Assembly: GCF_006345805.1 (NCBI RefSeq)
Contig: NC_043011.1
Span: 8,122,001-8,186,000, forward strand
Direction of reading: 5' to 3'
From: Octopus sinensis
Taxonomy: Eukaryota
DNA length: 64,000 nucleotides
Shown: one piece after another, positions 13,218 through 25,615 of the stretch
Position numbering within the stretch: position 1 is the first letter of the stretch
How the letters are laid out: the number at the start of each line of letters is the position of its first letter
Program-made: the position numbers and the translations under genes
Notes under the pieces: generated by a model
Told to the model about the DNA's origin: nothing
What the model saw: the letters and a program-made list of their open reading frames with translations, nothing else
Databases searched by the model: none

Positions 13218-13398
13218 AGGTGTAGGAGTGGCCGTGTAGTAAGTAGCTTGCTTCCCAACCACAAGGTTCCGGGTTCTGTTCCACTGCGTGGCACCTTGGG
13301 TAAGTGTCTTCTACTATAGCCTTGGGCCGACCAAAGCCTTGTGAGCGAATTTGGTAGACGGAAACTAAAAGAATCTCGTTGTATATATATATGTATGT

Positions 13399-13453
<55 letters not shown>

Positions 13454-13647
13454 TATATATATAATATCATACAATATCAAAAGGAACTCTATCTCTCTTA
13501 AAAATATCTTTTGATAAGCATAACAAATGCGCAACCGGTATAAAGAACTTTCACCTAATTAAATACACTCTCCCTTACTTAAATTATTTTGTCACCATTT
13601 TCTTCATTTCCTTTTTTTTATATATACATATATATATATATATATTT

Positions 13648-13713
<66 letters not shown>

Positions 13714-13945
13714 GTGTGTGTGTGTGTGTGTGAGTGTGTGTATGTTTGTGTGTTTGTGTTTGTCCCCCCAACATCGTTTGACAACCGATGCTGGTGTGTG
13801 TACGTCCCCGTAACTTAGCGGTTCACCAAAAGAGACCGACAGAATAAGTACTAGACTCACAAAGAATAAAACTTGGGGTCGATTTGCTCGACAAAAGACG
13901 GTGCTCCTGCATGGCCGCAGTCTAATGACTGAAACAAGTAAGTGT
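13218..13945 (+). mobile_element. SINE family A with an ~150-bp insert in its central (AT)n
   Basis: Head at 13218, tail at 13900-13945, unrelated sequence at about 13470-13615. Confidence 0.8.
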
Positions 13946-13986
13946 ATGTAGATAGATATATGTATATATATATATATATAATATAT

Positions 13987-14111
<125 letters not shown>

Positions 14112-15690
14112 ATATTATACATATATACATACATACATACATATATATATATTACATATATATATATATATATTTTCAGTTCCCCTCGCCCGCCCCTACG
14201 TTTAACACACACCTCTAACTTTCAACCAACTTCATCTCATGTTAAACTTTACAAAATTATATTTTTATCTTATTTTATTTTATTTTTATTTTTACTTTTA
14301 TTTTTACTTTTATTTTTACTTTTATCCTACTTCCATTTATTTTTATTTTTAATTTTATTTTTACTTTTATTCTACTTCCATTTATTCTCATTTTCATTTT
14401 CATCCCTTACCTTAACTCTTATAATTTTTATAATTCTTATATTTCATTTCTAACTATTACATTGTATTTCTTATTTTATACTGTATTTCTTATTTCTAAT
14501 CTTTACCCTTACCCTCATTCTTACCCCTAACTTATCGCTTTACACCTCTATATATGTTTATTTACTTACCTATGGATCCACCTTTTGAATATACGAGCGT
14601 CCGCGTACGTGTGTATACGCATACATGCATATGCACGCGCATATATGTACATGCATACTTCGATATCTTATAGCTATACCCATGTGCGCGTGTGTCTCTG
14701 TGTGTGTATATGAGTGTATATGTGCACGCACATACGGACACACAGCCGTGTGTGCGTGCGCGTATTGACATGAGTACAGGATTCTTTACATACGTTCTTA
14801 TACACATCCTTTAATATCTTATACCTGGACCTAGAGGCGTGGGCATATACGTGTGTGTATGTAGTGATGGGCGCGCGTATATACATGTGAGCGTGTACGC
14901 GCGTAATGTCCGTGTATATATGCGGATATTCTGTTGTATGTATGTGTGTGTACGCGCGTGCGTGTGGGTGCGTGTGTGTTTATGTACGTGTTTACACGCG
15001 AGTGCATGTGTATGCTTATAGGCTTGGAGGCGTATATATACGCGTGTATGTGGGTGTATGTATCCATGATGATATGTATGTACTAGAAGTCCATTTAATT
15101 CAAGGAACCAGATTAAATGCTCATCAGCTCTGATTTACAACGCATTAAGTCCCCAGACGAAACTGTTGATTTACTGACAATTCTACAACTAAATTTTATC
15201 AATCTCCTGACCACCATGCTTGGTCCGTAACCTCTATACATCCCTTATCTTTACATTCTTTTACACTTTTATCATGTTTTTATCAGGTTTTTTTACTTTT
15301 ATTTCTATTCTATTTTTACTTATAACCTTATGGCCTTTACATTTATTTATATTTCTTTATACTTCTTTATACCCCCCCTTTACATCTCCTTACAACTCTT
15401 TATATCTTTATCCTCTACATTTTATATTATTCTATACTTACACTTTTTATACATTTTTTACCCCTCGTCCCGAACTCTCGCCCCTCCATCTTCACCTCTA
15501 TTATGTATTTATTTATTTACATTACCTCAACATCCAATTTTCCTCCTCATTCTACATTGAGAGAAAAAGAGATGGACGCTTCAAACTCTATGCTGCTGCC
15601 GCATAACGTACGTCGTACGTGAATGAGAGGATTTGCATCCCCAACCAAGAATTTTTGATGTAACACATGTCCTTGTGGAAGCTGTTGTGC

Positions 15691-15769
15691 GCGGCTGAAG
15701 AAGGCCACAGACATACATTATGCATTGTTTATAAATCTGTCTAATAAAGGCCCGAAACATATGTACCGC
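15691..15769 (+). ncRNA. Type I hammerhead ribozyme candidate with long helix II
   Basis: GCGG-CTGAAGA-AGGCCACAGA..TCTGT(CTAATAAA)GGCCC-GAAA-CATATG-TA-CCGC. Confidence 0.7.
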
Positions 15770-16189
15770 TGAATCATTCGCATCATGTTTTTATTTTATT
15801 TTGATCAATTTACTCCACCACCTACACCACCAAACGGTATACACAGGTGCTTATAATTATCAAGTACTCACCCCGAATTTCTATATATATATATATATAT
15901 ATATATGATTGATTGATTGATTTATTTTAGTTTCAGCTCATGAGCTGTGGCCATGCTGGGGCACCGCCATTTATATATATATGTATACAAACACACACAC
16001 ACATATATATATATATATACACATATATACATATATATACGTATATATATATTTATATACGTATATATATACATTTATATACGTATATATATGTAATGAA
16101 AATTGGTATTATACATATACATATATATATATATATATATATAAACATATACATACATACACGACTTATCCTTATATGTATATGGATTA

Positions 16190-16500
16190 AGGCGTGTGGC
16201 TAAGTGGTTAGGATATTCGTCTAGCGATCGTAAGAGCACGGGTTCGATTCACGGCAGCGCGTTGTGTCTTTGAGCAAGACACTTTATTTCACATTGTTGC
16301 ACTTCACTGACTTGGTAGTACCTGTAGTACCTGTATTTCAAAGCGCTACCTTTGTTGTATTCTGTATCACGCTGAATCTCTGTGAGTTCTACGTTAAGGG
16401 TACGCGTGTCTGTCTGGTGCTCATCTACTTGCACGTGACTTCCCCGAGCAGGCTGTTCCGTTGATCGGATCACTCACCCTCATAAGTGACGGAATGCCCA
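16190..16500 (+). mobile_element. tRNA-derived SINE family D
   Basis: TGGCTAAGTGG A-box and GGTTCGATTC B-box, followed by GTGTCTTTGAGCAAGACACTTT. Confidence 0.65.
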
Positions 16501-16524
16501 TTTTTATCATATTCTTATATTCTT

Positions 16525-16888
16525 ATATTTGTTTCAATCATTTGACTGCGGCCATGCTGAAGCACCGCCTTTTGTCGAGCAAATCGACCCCAAGATTTAT
16601 TCTTTGCAAGCATAGTACTTATTCTATCGGTCGCTTCTGCCGAACCGCTAAGTTACAGGGACGTAAACAAACCAGCATCGGTTGTCAAGTGATATTGGTG
16701 GGGAGGGGGGCAGCCACATACATACAAGCACGGGATTCTTTCAGTTTCCGTCAACCAAGTCCACTCACAAGGCCTTGGTCGGCTCGAGGCTATAGTACAA
16801 GACATACCCAAGGTGTCACACAGTGGGACTGAACCCGAAACCATGTGGTTGGTAAGCAGGCAAGTTACCACACAGCCACTCCTGTGCC
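16525..16888 (-). mobile_element. SINE family A
   Basis: Family A tail, body and head. Confidence 0.8.
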
Positions 16889-16894
16889 TATATT

Positions 16895-16933
<39 letters not shown>

Positions 16934-17128
16934 GACAGATAGACAAAGTAATGATTCCTACATATCTATAGACTTATTTCTCGTATTTTTTGTGTATAAT
17001 TATCGAATTCTCTCCCTTCCTCACTCCCTCTCCTACTCACTCATTCTGACTTCTGATTCTAACTCTCTCTCATGCTCACCTACCTACCTACCTCCCTACC
17101 TACCTACCTACCTACCTACCTACCTACA

Positions 17129-17160
<32 letters not shown>

Positions 17161-17529
17161 ATGCATACATACTCATATACATACATAAAAGTATATACAC
17201 ACATGCATACAATTTAGACACTCTCGCTTTCTTTCTCTATGTGTGTGTGTCTCTATCTCTCTCTTACACACACGTACGTACGCACACACACACACACACA
17301 TATACATACACTCGTCTTTTCCTTCTTTTCTCTTCCTCTCCCGTTTCCTCCCTCCTTCCATCGCCCCACCTCCACCCTGCTCCCTTCCCATTTTTATCAC
17401 TCTAATCTCTAACCCTATATCTACCACAATCTCCCGGGACTAATACATTTAAATATACACCCCACCCTCTACCCCAGCGAGCAAAAAAAAAAGAGAAAAA
17501 GAAAAGAAACATTGCCGCTGAACAAATAA

Positions 17530-18423
<894 letters not shown>

Positions 18424-18561
18424 CAAGCGAGCAAAAATATATAATTGTTTCTTTATTATTGCCAGAGGGCGAATGGGAAAGGAATAAAATAGCAAGAATA
18501 ACAAAGACATAAAGGAGAAGACGAATGTATTCTGTTATTCTTTTGTTTTTTTTCATTCTTT

Positions 18562-18838
18562 TATTCTTTTACTTGTTTCAGTCATTTGACTGCGGCCATG
18601 CTGGAGCACGGCTTTGGAGTCGAAAAACAAAACAACTCCAGCCCGTGCTTATTCTTTGTAAACCTGGTATTTGTTCTATTGGACACGCTTGCCGAACAGC
18701 TAAGGGTACGGGGACGTAAACATACCAGCATCGGTTGTCAAGCGATGGTGATGGGGAGACAAACACAGACACAAAGACACGCATAAATATATACATATAT
18801 TTATGTGTATATGTCTCTCTCTCCCTCTCTCTTTCTCC

Positions 18839-18869
<31 letters not shown>

Positions 18870-19269
18870 ATATATATATTATATATATATATATATATTA
18901 TATATATATATATGTGGAGGCACAATGGCCCAGTGGTTAGGGCAGCGGACTCGCGGTCGTAGGATCGCGGTTTCGATTCCCGTTGTGAGTGTTTATTGAG
19001 TGAAAACACCTAATGCTCCACGAGGCTCCGGGGACAAACACAGACACACAAACATACACACACACGCACACACACACATATATATATACATACATATACA
19101 TATATACGACAGGCTTCTTTCAGTTTCCGTCTTCCAAATCCACTCACAAGGCATCGGTCGGCCCGGGGCTATAGTAGAAGATACTTGCCCAAAGTGCCAC
19201 GCAGTGGGACTGAACCCGGAACCATGTGGTTGGTAAGCAAGCTACTTACCACACAGCCACTCCTGCGCC

Positions 19270-19270
<1 letters not shown>
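18562..19270 (-). mobile_element. SINE family A composite with a family C head in its centre
   Basis: Tail half 18562-18790, head half 19030-19270. Confidence 0.75.
18916..19030 (+). mobile_element. tRNA-derived SINE family C head
   Basis: TGGCCCAGTGG and GGTTTCGATTCC boxes; matches the reverse complement of about 53915-53995. Confidence 0.75.
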
Positions 19271-19314
<44 letters not shown>

Positions 19315-19420
19315 GAAAACACACAAATACATACATACCCACATATGCACACACCACACACACACTCTGATATATGTATATAAATACATACATATAGATA
19401 CATACATATATAGCAATGTG

Positions 19421-20150
19421 ATATCTCAGAGCGAGAAGTAAACAAAAGCAGCACGGAATTGTGAAGTATATTTGCCAACTCAATGTGGGGGTCCCATAGG
19501 GGACGATGCCACTGTTGTTTATAACCCCAGGAGGACATCTCCAGCTGACTTACGACACATTATCTGTTTCTGATTAGTATTTGCGAAGGGAAATCATCGG
19601 TCTCATCTCTAGCTTTACGTGATACACACGGACCCGGGTTTATGAGGAGTAACCCGTAATCAGTGTGTGAGTATCACCAGTTAGTGATGAGAACTCATTG
19701 CAGACGCTAAATATTATATGGAGGAAACGTCCTCTGGGGCTAGAAACAACAGTAGCATCGTCCGCTATGGGACCGCCACATTTATTTGGCAAATACATTT
19801 CACGATTCCGTGCTACTGCTTCTCGCTCAGATATTTAATCTCGCTTGTTTCTCCATTTTCGAGATCAGCGACAGTTTGTCTCTGGAAAAAGCATTTTGCG
19901 TTTGGAATGAAGTTCTCATCGGTAGATGGTGATTATAACACGCTGATGACGGGTTACTATCCAGAAACCCGGGTCTGTGTGTATCACGTAGGGCTAGAGA
20001 TGGGAACGATAATTTCCCTTCGCAAATACTAATCAGACACAGACAGTGTGTCGTTAGCCAGCTGGGGGAGATGTCTTTCTGGTGCTATAAACAACAGTAG
20101 CATCGTCCCCTATGGGACCGTCACAGTGAGTTGGCAAATATACTTCACGA
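19421..20150 (+). mobile_element. 345-bp hammerhead-bearing non-coding unit in tandem and inverted copies (retrozyme-like or mini-PLE)
   Basis: AAACAACAGTAGCATCGTCC at 19744 and 20089; 19461-19700 is an inverted copy of 19904-20148. Confidence 0.65.
19938..19980 (+). ncRNA. Type I hammerhead ribozyme candidate
   Basis: ACACG-CTGATGA-CGG(GTTACTAT)CCA-GAAA-CCCGGG-TC-TGTGT; palindromic ACCCGGGT, GUC site. Confidence 0.7.
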
Positions 20151-20192
20151 TAGACACACACACACACACACACACACGACTGGCTTCTTTCA

Positions 20193-20225
<33 letters not shown>

Positions 20226-20313
20226 TGTGTGTGTGTATATATATGTATATATATATATATATATATGTGTGTTTATATATATATATATATATACACACAC
20301 ATATATATATATC

Positions 20314-21330
20314 TAGATTCCATCTAGATTCCTTCCTCTCTTTCGTCCAATCTTTCCATCCAGCCCTCCACTTCACTTCCACTATCTCCAACACCTCTGT
20401 CTCCTTCCTCGACATTTCGGTTAGCATTCTTCACTCCACTCTTACCACCTCCATTCACTACAAACACACAGACTCACACTCATACCTCAACTTCTCTTCC
20501 TCCCACCCAGAACACACCAAGCTTTCCATCCCCTATTCCCAATTCCTCCGTCTACGTAGGCTCTGTAGTGACGACCATGACTTTGAGACTCAGTCTCAAC
20601 GTATGGCTCACCACTTCACCCTACGTGGATACCCCCTCACCACTATCCACACCGCCCTTGCCAGAGCATGGTCCGTGGACCGTGTATCTGCTCTCTCTCC
20701 CCGAACCCGCCCTGTAGTCTCCCGCCTCCCTTTTCCCCTCACTTACCACCCCACGACCCTACGTCTCCAACGCACCATTCTTCGAGCTTTCCGTCATCTC
20801 CAGTCCGACCCGTCCACTTCACACCTCTTCCCTAACCGACCCCTCCCCTCTTTCAAACGAGCCCACAACCTTCGAGCCCTTTTGGTCCATAGCTCTTTCT
20901 CTGACCCTACCTCCCAACCCGGCTCGTTCACCTGCTCCCGCCCACGTTGCCGCACTTGCCCTTACCTCTCCAACACCACCCGCCTCACTAGCACCCACCA
21001 TCGACCCTATCCCATCATCCACTCCTTCACCTGCACCTCCAGCAATATTATCTATTGCATCTCTTGCTCTCTCTGCAATTCCTTGTACATCGGACAAACG
21101 GGACGCCGCTTGGCTGACCGGTTCGCGGAACACCTTCGTGACATCCACCTTGCGAACGACACACCAACACCGTCTCACACCATTTCCGCTCCACCGGTCA
21201 CTCCTTGCAACACCTATCTGTGTTCGGTTTGTCCTTACACAGAGGCCATCCGGATTCCCGTTTGCGCCGTGAACAGGAATTAATCTTCTCTCTTCGCTCT
21301 TATACGCCATTTGGTCTCAACTCTCCCCCC
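20314..21330 (+). pseudogene. PLE RT-thumb/GIY-YIG ORF fragment with one frameshift near 21160
   Basis: Second frame continues VSHHFRSTGHSLQHL..RLRREQELIFSLRSYTPFGLN. Confidence 0.85.
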
Positions 21331-22130
21331 CTCCCCCCCCCCCTCCTCATCTAACCCCCCTCCCCCCTCCTCACCTATCCTTTCTCTCCCCCCGACCCCT
21401 ACTTCTTCCAGTCCTTCAGCCTTTTCACCCCCTACTCCCCCCCTCTCCCCTCCCCTCTTTCTCTTTCTCCCTCCCTCTTCCCCTTCCCTCTCTCCCTCCT
21501 CTCTCTCCCCTTCCTTCTTCTCCCCCATCCTCTCCTCTTCCCCCTTCTCCTCCCCCTCTTCTTCCCCTCCCCTTCTCTCCCCCCTCTTCCCCCCCCCCCC
21601 CCCTCTTCTCCTCACTACACCACATGACTTTACACATCGCATCACATATGATGTGCCATACTAATACACACACCAACTAATACATACTAATACGTACTAA
21701 TACATACTAGTACATACTAATACTTACACCAACCCTATACATACACACGTCCAGACCCCGCATACGCACTTATACTCTCTCACACACACACACACCTATA
21801 CATACCAATACGTACTAATACATACTAATACATACTAATACATACACCAACCCCATACATACGCACGTCCAGACCAATCCTACGCACTAATACTCTCTCA
21901 TACACACACACACCACCCTTATACATACTAATACATACACCAACCCTATACATACACACATCCAGACCCCTCACGCACTTTTAGCTGGTCCCTCAACCCT
22001 TTTATCAACCCTATTATCTCCCCTTATTTCGCTCTCGCGTCTCATGTTTGATCTTTGACCTCTGGCCGAAATCAGATCGCCATGTTGATTCGTTAGCTAC
22101 TGCACGCATTTTTTTTTCTCTCTCTGTGTA

Positions 22131-22168
22131 TCTTTCTGTTGAAGAGCGTAGGCTCGAAACGTTAAAGA
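22131..22168 (+). ncRNA. Hammerhead-like motif with CUGUUGA core
   Basis: TCTTT-CTGTTGA-A-GAGC(GTAG)GCTC-GAAA-CGT-T-AAAGA. Confidence 0.5.
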
Positions 22169-22264
22169 CTTGTTTTATTTATATTTCCCGAGCGCCATAC
22201 TAATACAATTGTTCGTTTGTTTTCCACCTGCCTTCGTCTTTTGTTTATTTTTCATAAAGCTTCC

Positions 22265-22340
<76 letters not shown>

Positions 22341-22407
22341 ACCTCGTGTGTACCGTTGGCAATTTTTTTTTCCTCTGTCTTCCCTTCTCTGGATCTTCTT
22401 CTCCTAT

Positions 22408-22442
22408 GTTTCCGACGAAGAGCTCCGCTCGAAACGTTAAAC
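22408..22442 (+). ncRNA. Hammerhead-like motif with CCGACGA core
   Basis: GTTT-CCGACGA-A-GAGC(TCC)GCTC-GAAA-CGT-T-AAAC. Confidence 0.5.
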
Positions 22443-22495
22443 TCTCCTTCTTTCCTTCTTTCCTGAGTGTCCAATAATACTATATTTGTTCCACG

Positions 22496-22724
22496 CGGCG
22501 AGCTGGCAGAAACGTTAGCACGCCGGGCGAAATGCGTAGCCGTATTTCGTCTGCCGTTACGTTCTGAGTTCAAATTCCGCCGAGGTCGACTTTGCCTTTC
22601 ATCCTTTCGGGGTCGATAAATTAAGTACCAGTTACACACTGGAGTCGATATAATCGACTTAATCCGTTTGTCTGTCCTTGTTTATCCCCTCTGTGTTTAG
22701 CCCCTTGTGGGTAGTAAAGAAATA
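22496..22724 (+). mobile_element. SINE family B, full length, 15-bp TSD
   Basis: TATATTTGTTCCACG at 22481-22495 and 22725-22739; A/B-box head. Confidence 0.9.
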
Positions 22725-22785
22725 TATATTTGTTCCACGTCCTCGCGTTGTTGTGTTTTTTTTTTGTGCTTTCTTGTTTGGATTA

Positions 22786-22859
<74 letters not shown>

Positions 22860-22862
<3 letters not shown>

Positions 22863-23006
22863 ATGAATGAATTATCCTTTGTTTACTGTTAACATGGAAA
22901 ATTCAATAAACAGTTACCAGGGTAGCAAAATTCATGCAAATAACAAGGATGTCGAAAGTGAAGGAATTTGAATAGCATCTGCGTTCAACTCCATTTATTT
23001 ACTCAT
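22860..23006. mobile_element. 147-bp derivative of the Naiad-type element (inverted tail plus terminal-repeat end)
   Basis: 22860-22951 is the reverse complement of 41383-41473; 22949-23006 matches 41270-41327. Confidence 0.8.
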
Positions 23007-23011
23007 ATATA

Positions 23012-24428
23012 TCTTTATATATAAAAGTGAAGTTGTGTGAGTGTCTATCTCCTACGATTTAGATTCCTAACTACTCCCACATTTTGCGGTGCAGTTTAAC
23101 CAAATTCGGGTATCTTATAGTCGTGATTCATATCGAGTCCGTCTGGGTATTAGCGCGCGTCTACGATGAGTCTACGATTTTAAAAATAATTTAACATCAT
23201 TTTTTATTCCATTTTAATGCATAATTTTTCGTGTGTCGATGGCGGCGGAGTTGGCGTCCATGCTCACAATGCACCTGTGTTGCTTCTTCCCCTTCTTCCC
23301 TCACTCGTGAAGCTGTGGCGAAGGGAGTGTAAGGAAATCAACGTCGTAAAGCGTTGTCAAGGAGACCAGCGTTCTTTTAGAACAACGACTTCATGGCTTG
23401 AAGTCGCCAAAACAGAAATCGCTAAAAAAGCTGAAACAGATCAAAAAAAAAAACGGCAAAAACCGCCACACGGGGCAGGTTTCCTGTACAAACAATTTGC
23501 ACAACCGAATGTTTTAGTTGTTGCACAAATCATCTATATATATAAAACTCTAGTTGTGTGAGTGTCTGTCCCCTTCGATTTAGATTCCTAACTCCTCCCA
23601 CATTTTGCGGTGCAGTTTAACCAAATTCGGGTATCTTATAGTCGTGATTCATATCAAGCCCGTCTGACTATTAGCGCGCGTCAACGATGAGTCTACGATT
23701 TTAAAAATAATTAACATCATTTTTTATTCCATTTTAATGCATAAAATGCATCGTGTGTCGATGGCGGCGGAGTTGGCGTCCACGCTCACAGCTGCACCTG
23801 TTTGCTTCTCCCCCTTCCCCCTCCCTCGTGAAGCTGTGGGGAAGGGAGTGTAAAGAAATCAACGTCGTAATGCGTTGTGAAGGAAACCAGCGTTCTTTTA
23901 GAACAACGACTTCATGGCTTGAAGACCCCAAAACAAAAATGGCTAAGAAAGCCCGAATTTATAAGGGAAGTAACTCTCTAAAAATGCTTATATAGTTATT
24001 TCCCTTACAAACCCGAGCAACGCCGGGCAATACTGCTAGTTATATATAAAAGTGAAGTTGTGTGTCTGTCTCCTACGATTTAGATTCCTAACTACTCCCA
24101 CATTTTGCGGTGCAGTTTAACCAAAACCGGGTATCTTATAGTCGTGATTCATATCGAGCCCTTCTGGGTATTAGCGCGCGTCTACGATGAGTCTATGATT
24201 AAAAAAAATTACCATCATTTTTTTTCTATTTTAATGCATTTTTCGCTATTATATAGGGAAGTAACTCTCTAAAATGTCTACGATGAGTCAACGATTTAAA
24301 AAAAATTACCATCATTTTTTATTCCATTTTTAATGTATTTTTTTGCTATTTTTTTGCTATAACTCACTAAAAATGCTTATATAGTTATTTCCCTTACAAA
24401 CCCGAGCAACGCCGGGCGATACTGCTAG
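23012..24428 (+). mobile_element. Non-autonomous Helitron-like element, three head-to-tail copies
   Basis: 5' TC(T)TATATATAAAA starts at 23012 and 23533, with a third start at about 24041; CCCGAGCAACGCCGGG hairpin plus CTAG ends at 24039 and 24428. Confidence 0.75.
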
Positions 24429-24489
24429 TCTATATATACATGTATGTATGTATGTATGTATGTATGTATGTATGTATCTATGCATGTAT

Positions 24490-24684
24490 TTGTGTATGTG
24501 TTTGTCCTCCCAACATCTCTTGGCACCCATGTTGGTGTGTTTACGTCCCCGTAACTTAGCGGTTCGACCAAAGTGACCGATAGAATAAGTACTAACCTTA
24601 CAAAGAATAAGTCCTGGGGTCGATTTGTTCGACTAAAGGCGGTGCTCCAGCATGGCCACAGTCAAATGACTGAACAAGTAAACG

Positions 24685-24685
<1 letters not shown>
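24490..24685 (+). mobile_element. SINE family A, 3' half
   Basis: Family A tail. Confidence 0.8.
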
Positions 24686-24749
<64 letters not shown>

Positions 24750-25194
24750 ACAACAATTGAGGAACGGCTACAATAGGCCGTTCAACCCACTAGAAAAAGC
24801 AGCCAGGGCTCCAACCGCAAATAGTAGTAATTCCGAAATCTAAGGAAAAATTAAAAAAACATTTACCCTGTTCTTCTTTAGACAATGCATTGTTTCGGCG
24901 TTTTTTAATGGTAAACCAGCCTGATTAAATTAAATTAAACTTAATCAAGTCAATCTTCCAAAAGGCCACGCGCTCGTCAGCAAAGGAGCCTGAAGGGACA
25001 GAAATTACACGAGGCAGCTACATCCATGCCTAGGTAATATCTGACCTAAAATTTTCAAAGTCATCGTACTCGCGCCAACTTATCGGCAGCAAATATAAAC
25101 TACCGATTCAATCTCGGAATTAATCAGAAAATCATCAATTAATCAATTTAGGGTAGCAAAAAATTCAATAGAAATTATTTTGCCACCATATTCT

Positions 25195-25417
25195 CTTTTC
25201 TCTTTTACTCTTTTACTTGTTTCAGTCATTTGAATGCGGCCATGCTGGAGCACCGCCTTTAGTCGAGCAAATCGACCCCGGGACTTATTCTTTGTAAGCC
25301 CAGTACTTATTCTATCGGTCTCTTTTGCCGAACTGCTAAGTGACGGGGACGTAAACACACAAGCATCGGTTGTCAAGCAATGCTAGGGGGACAAACACAG
25401 ATACACAAACCACACAG

Positions 25418-25450
<33 letters not shown>

Positions 25451-25615
25451 AATATATATGACAGGCTTCTTTCAGTTTCCGTCTACAAAATCCACTCACA
25501 AGGCATTGGTCGGCCCGGGGCTATAGCAGAAGACACTTGACCAAGATGCCACGCAGTGGGACTGAACCCGGAACCATGTGGCTGGTTAGCAAGCTACTTA
25601 CCACACAGCCACTCC
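25195..25615 (-). mobile_element. SINE family A, full length
   Basis: Complete head to tail. Confidence 0.9.

Larger units (their letters stand above)
20312..22270 (+). mobile_element. Penelope-like element, Neptune-type, 5'-truncated
   Basis: RT C-terminus (SFLDI, YKHTDSHSYL, SIPYSQFLRLRRLCS), Cys-rich linker (CSRPRCRTC..FTC) and GIY-YIG (NIIYCISCSLCNSLYIGQTGRRLADRFAEH); pyrimidine-rich 3' region ending in (AT)n. Confidence 0.9.
22339..22790 (+). mobile_element. Penelope-type terminal segment interrupted by a SINE
   Basis: Hammerhead-like motif at 22408; (AT)n on both sides. Confidence 0.6.

Noticed and set aside
20819-21676. Minus-strand ORFs over the PLE and its purine/pyrimidine tract
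   Set aside because: Antisense shadows of the PLE ORF and of low-complexity sequence.
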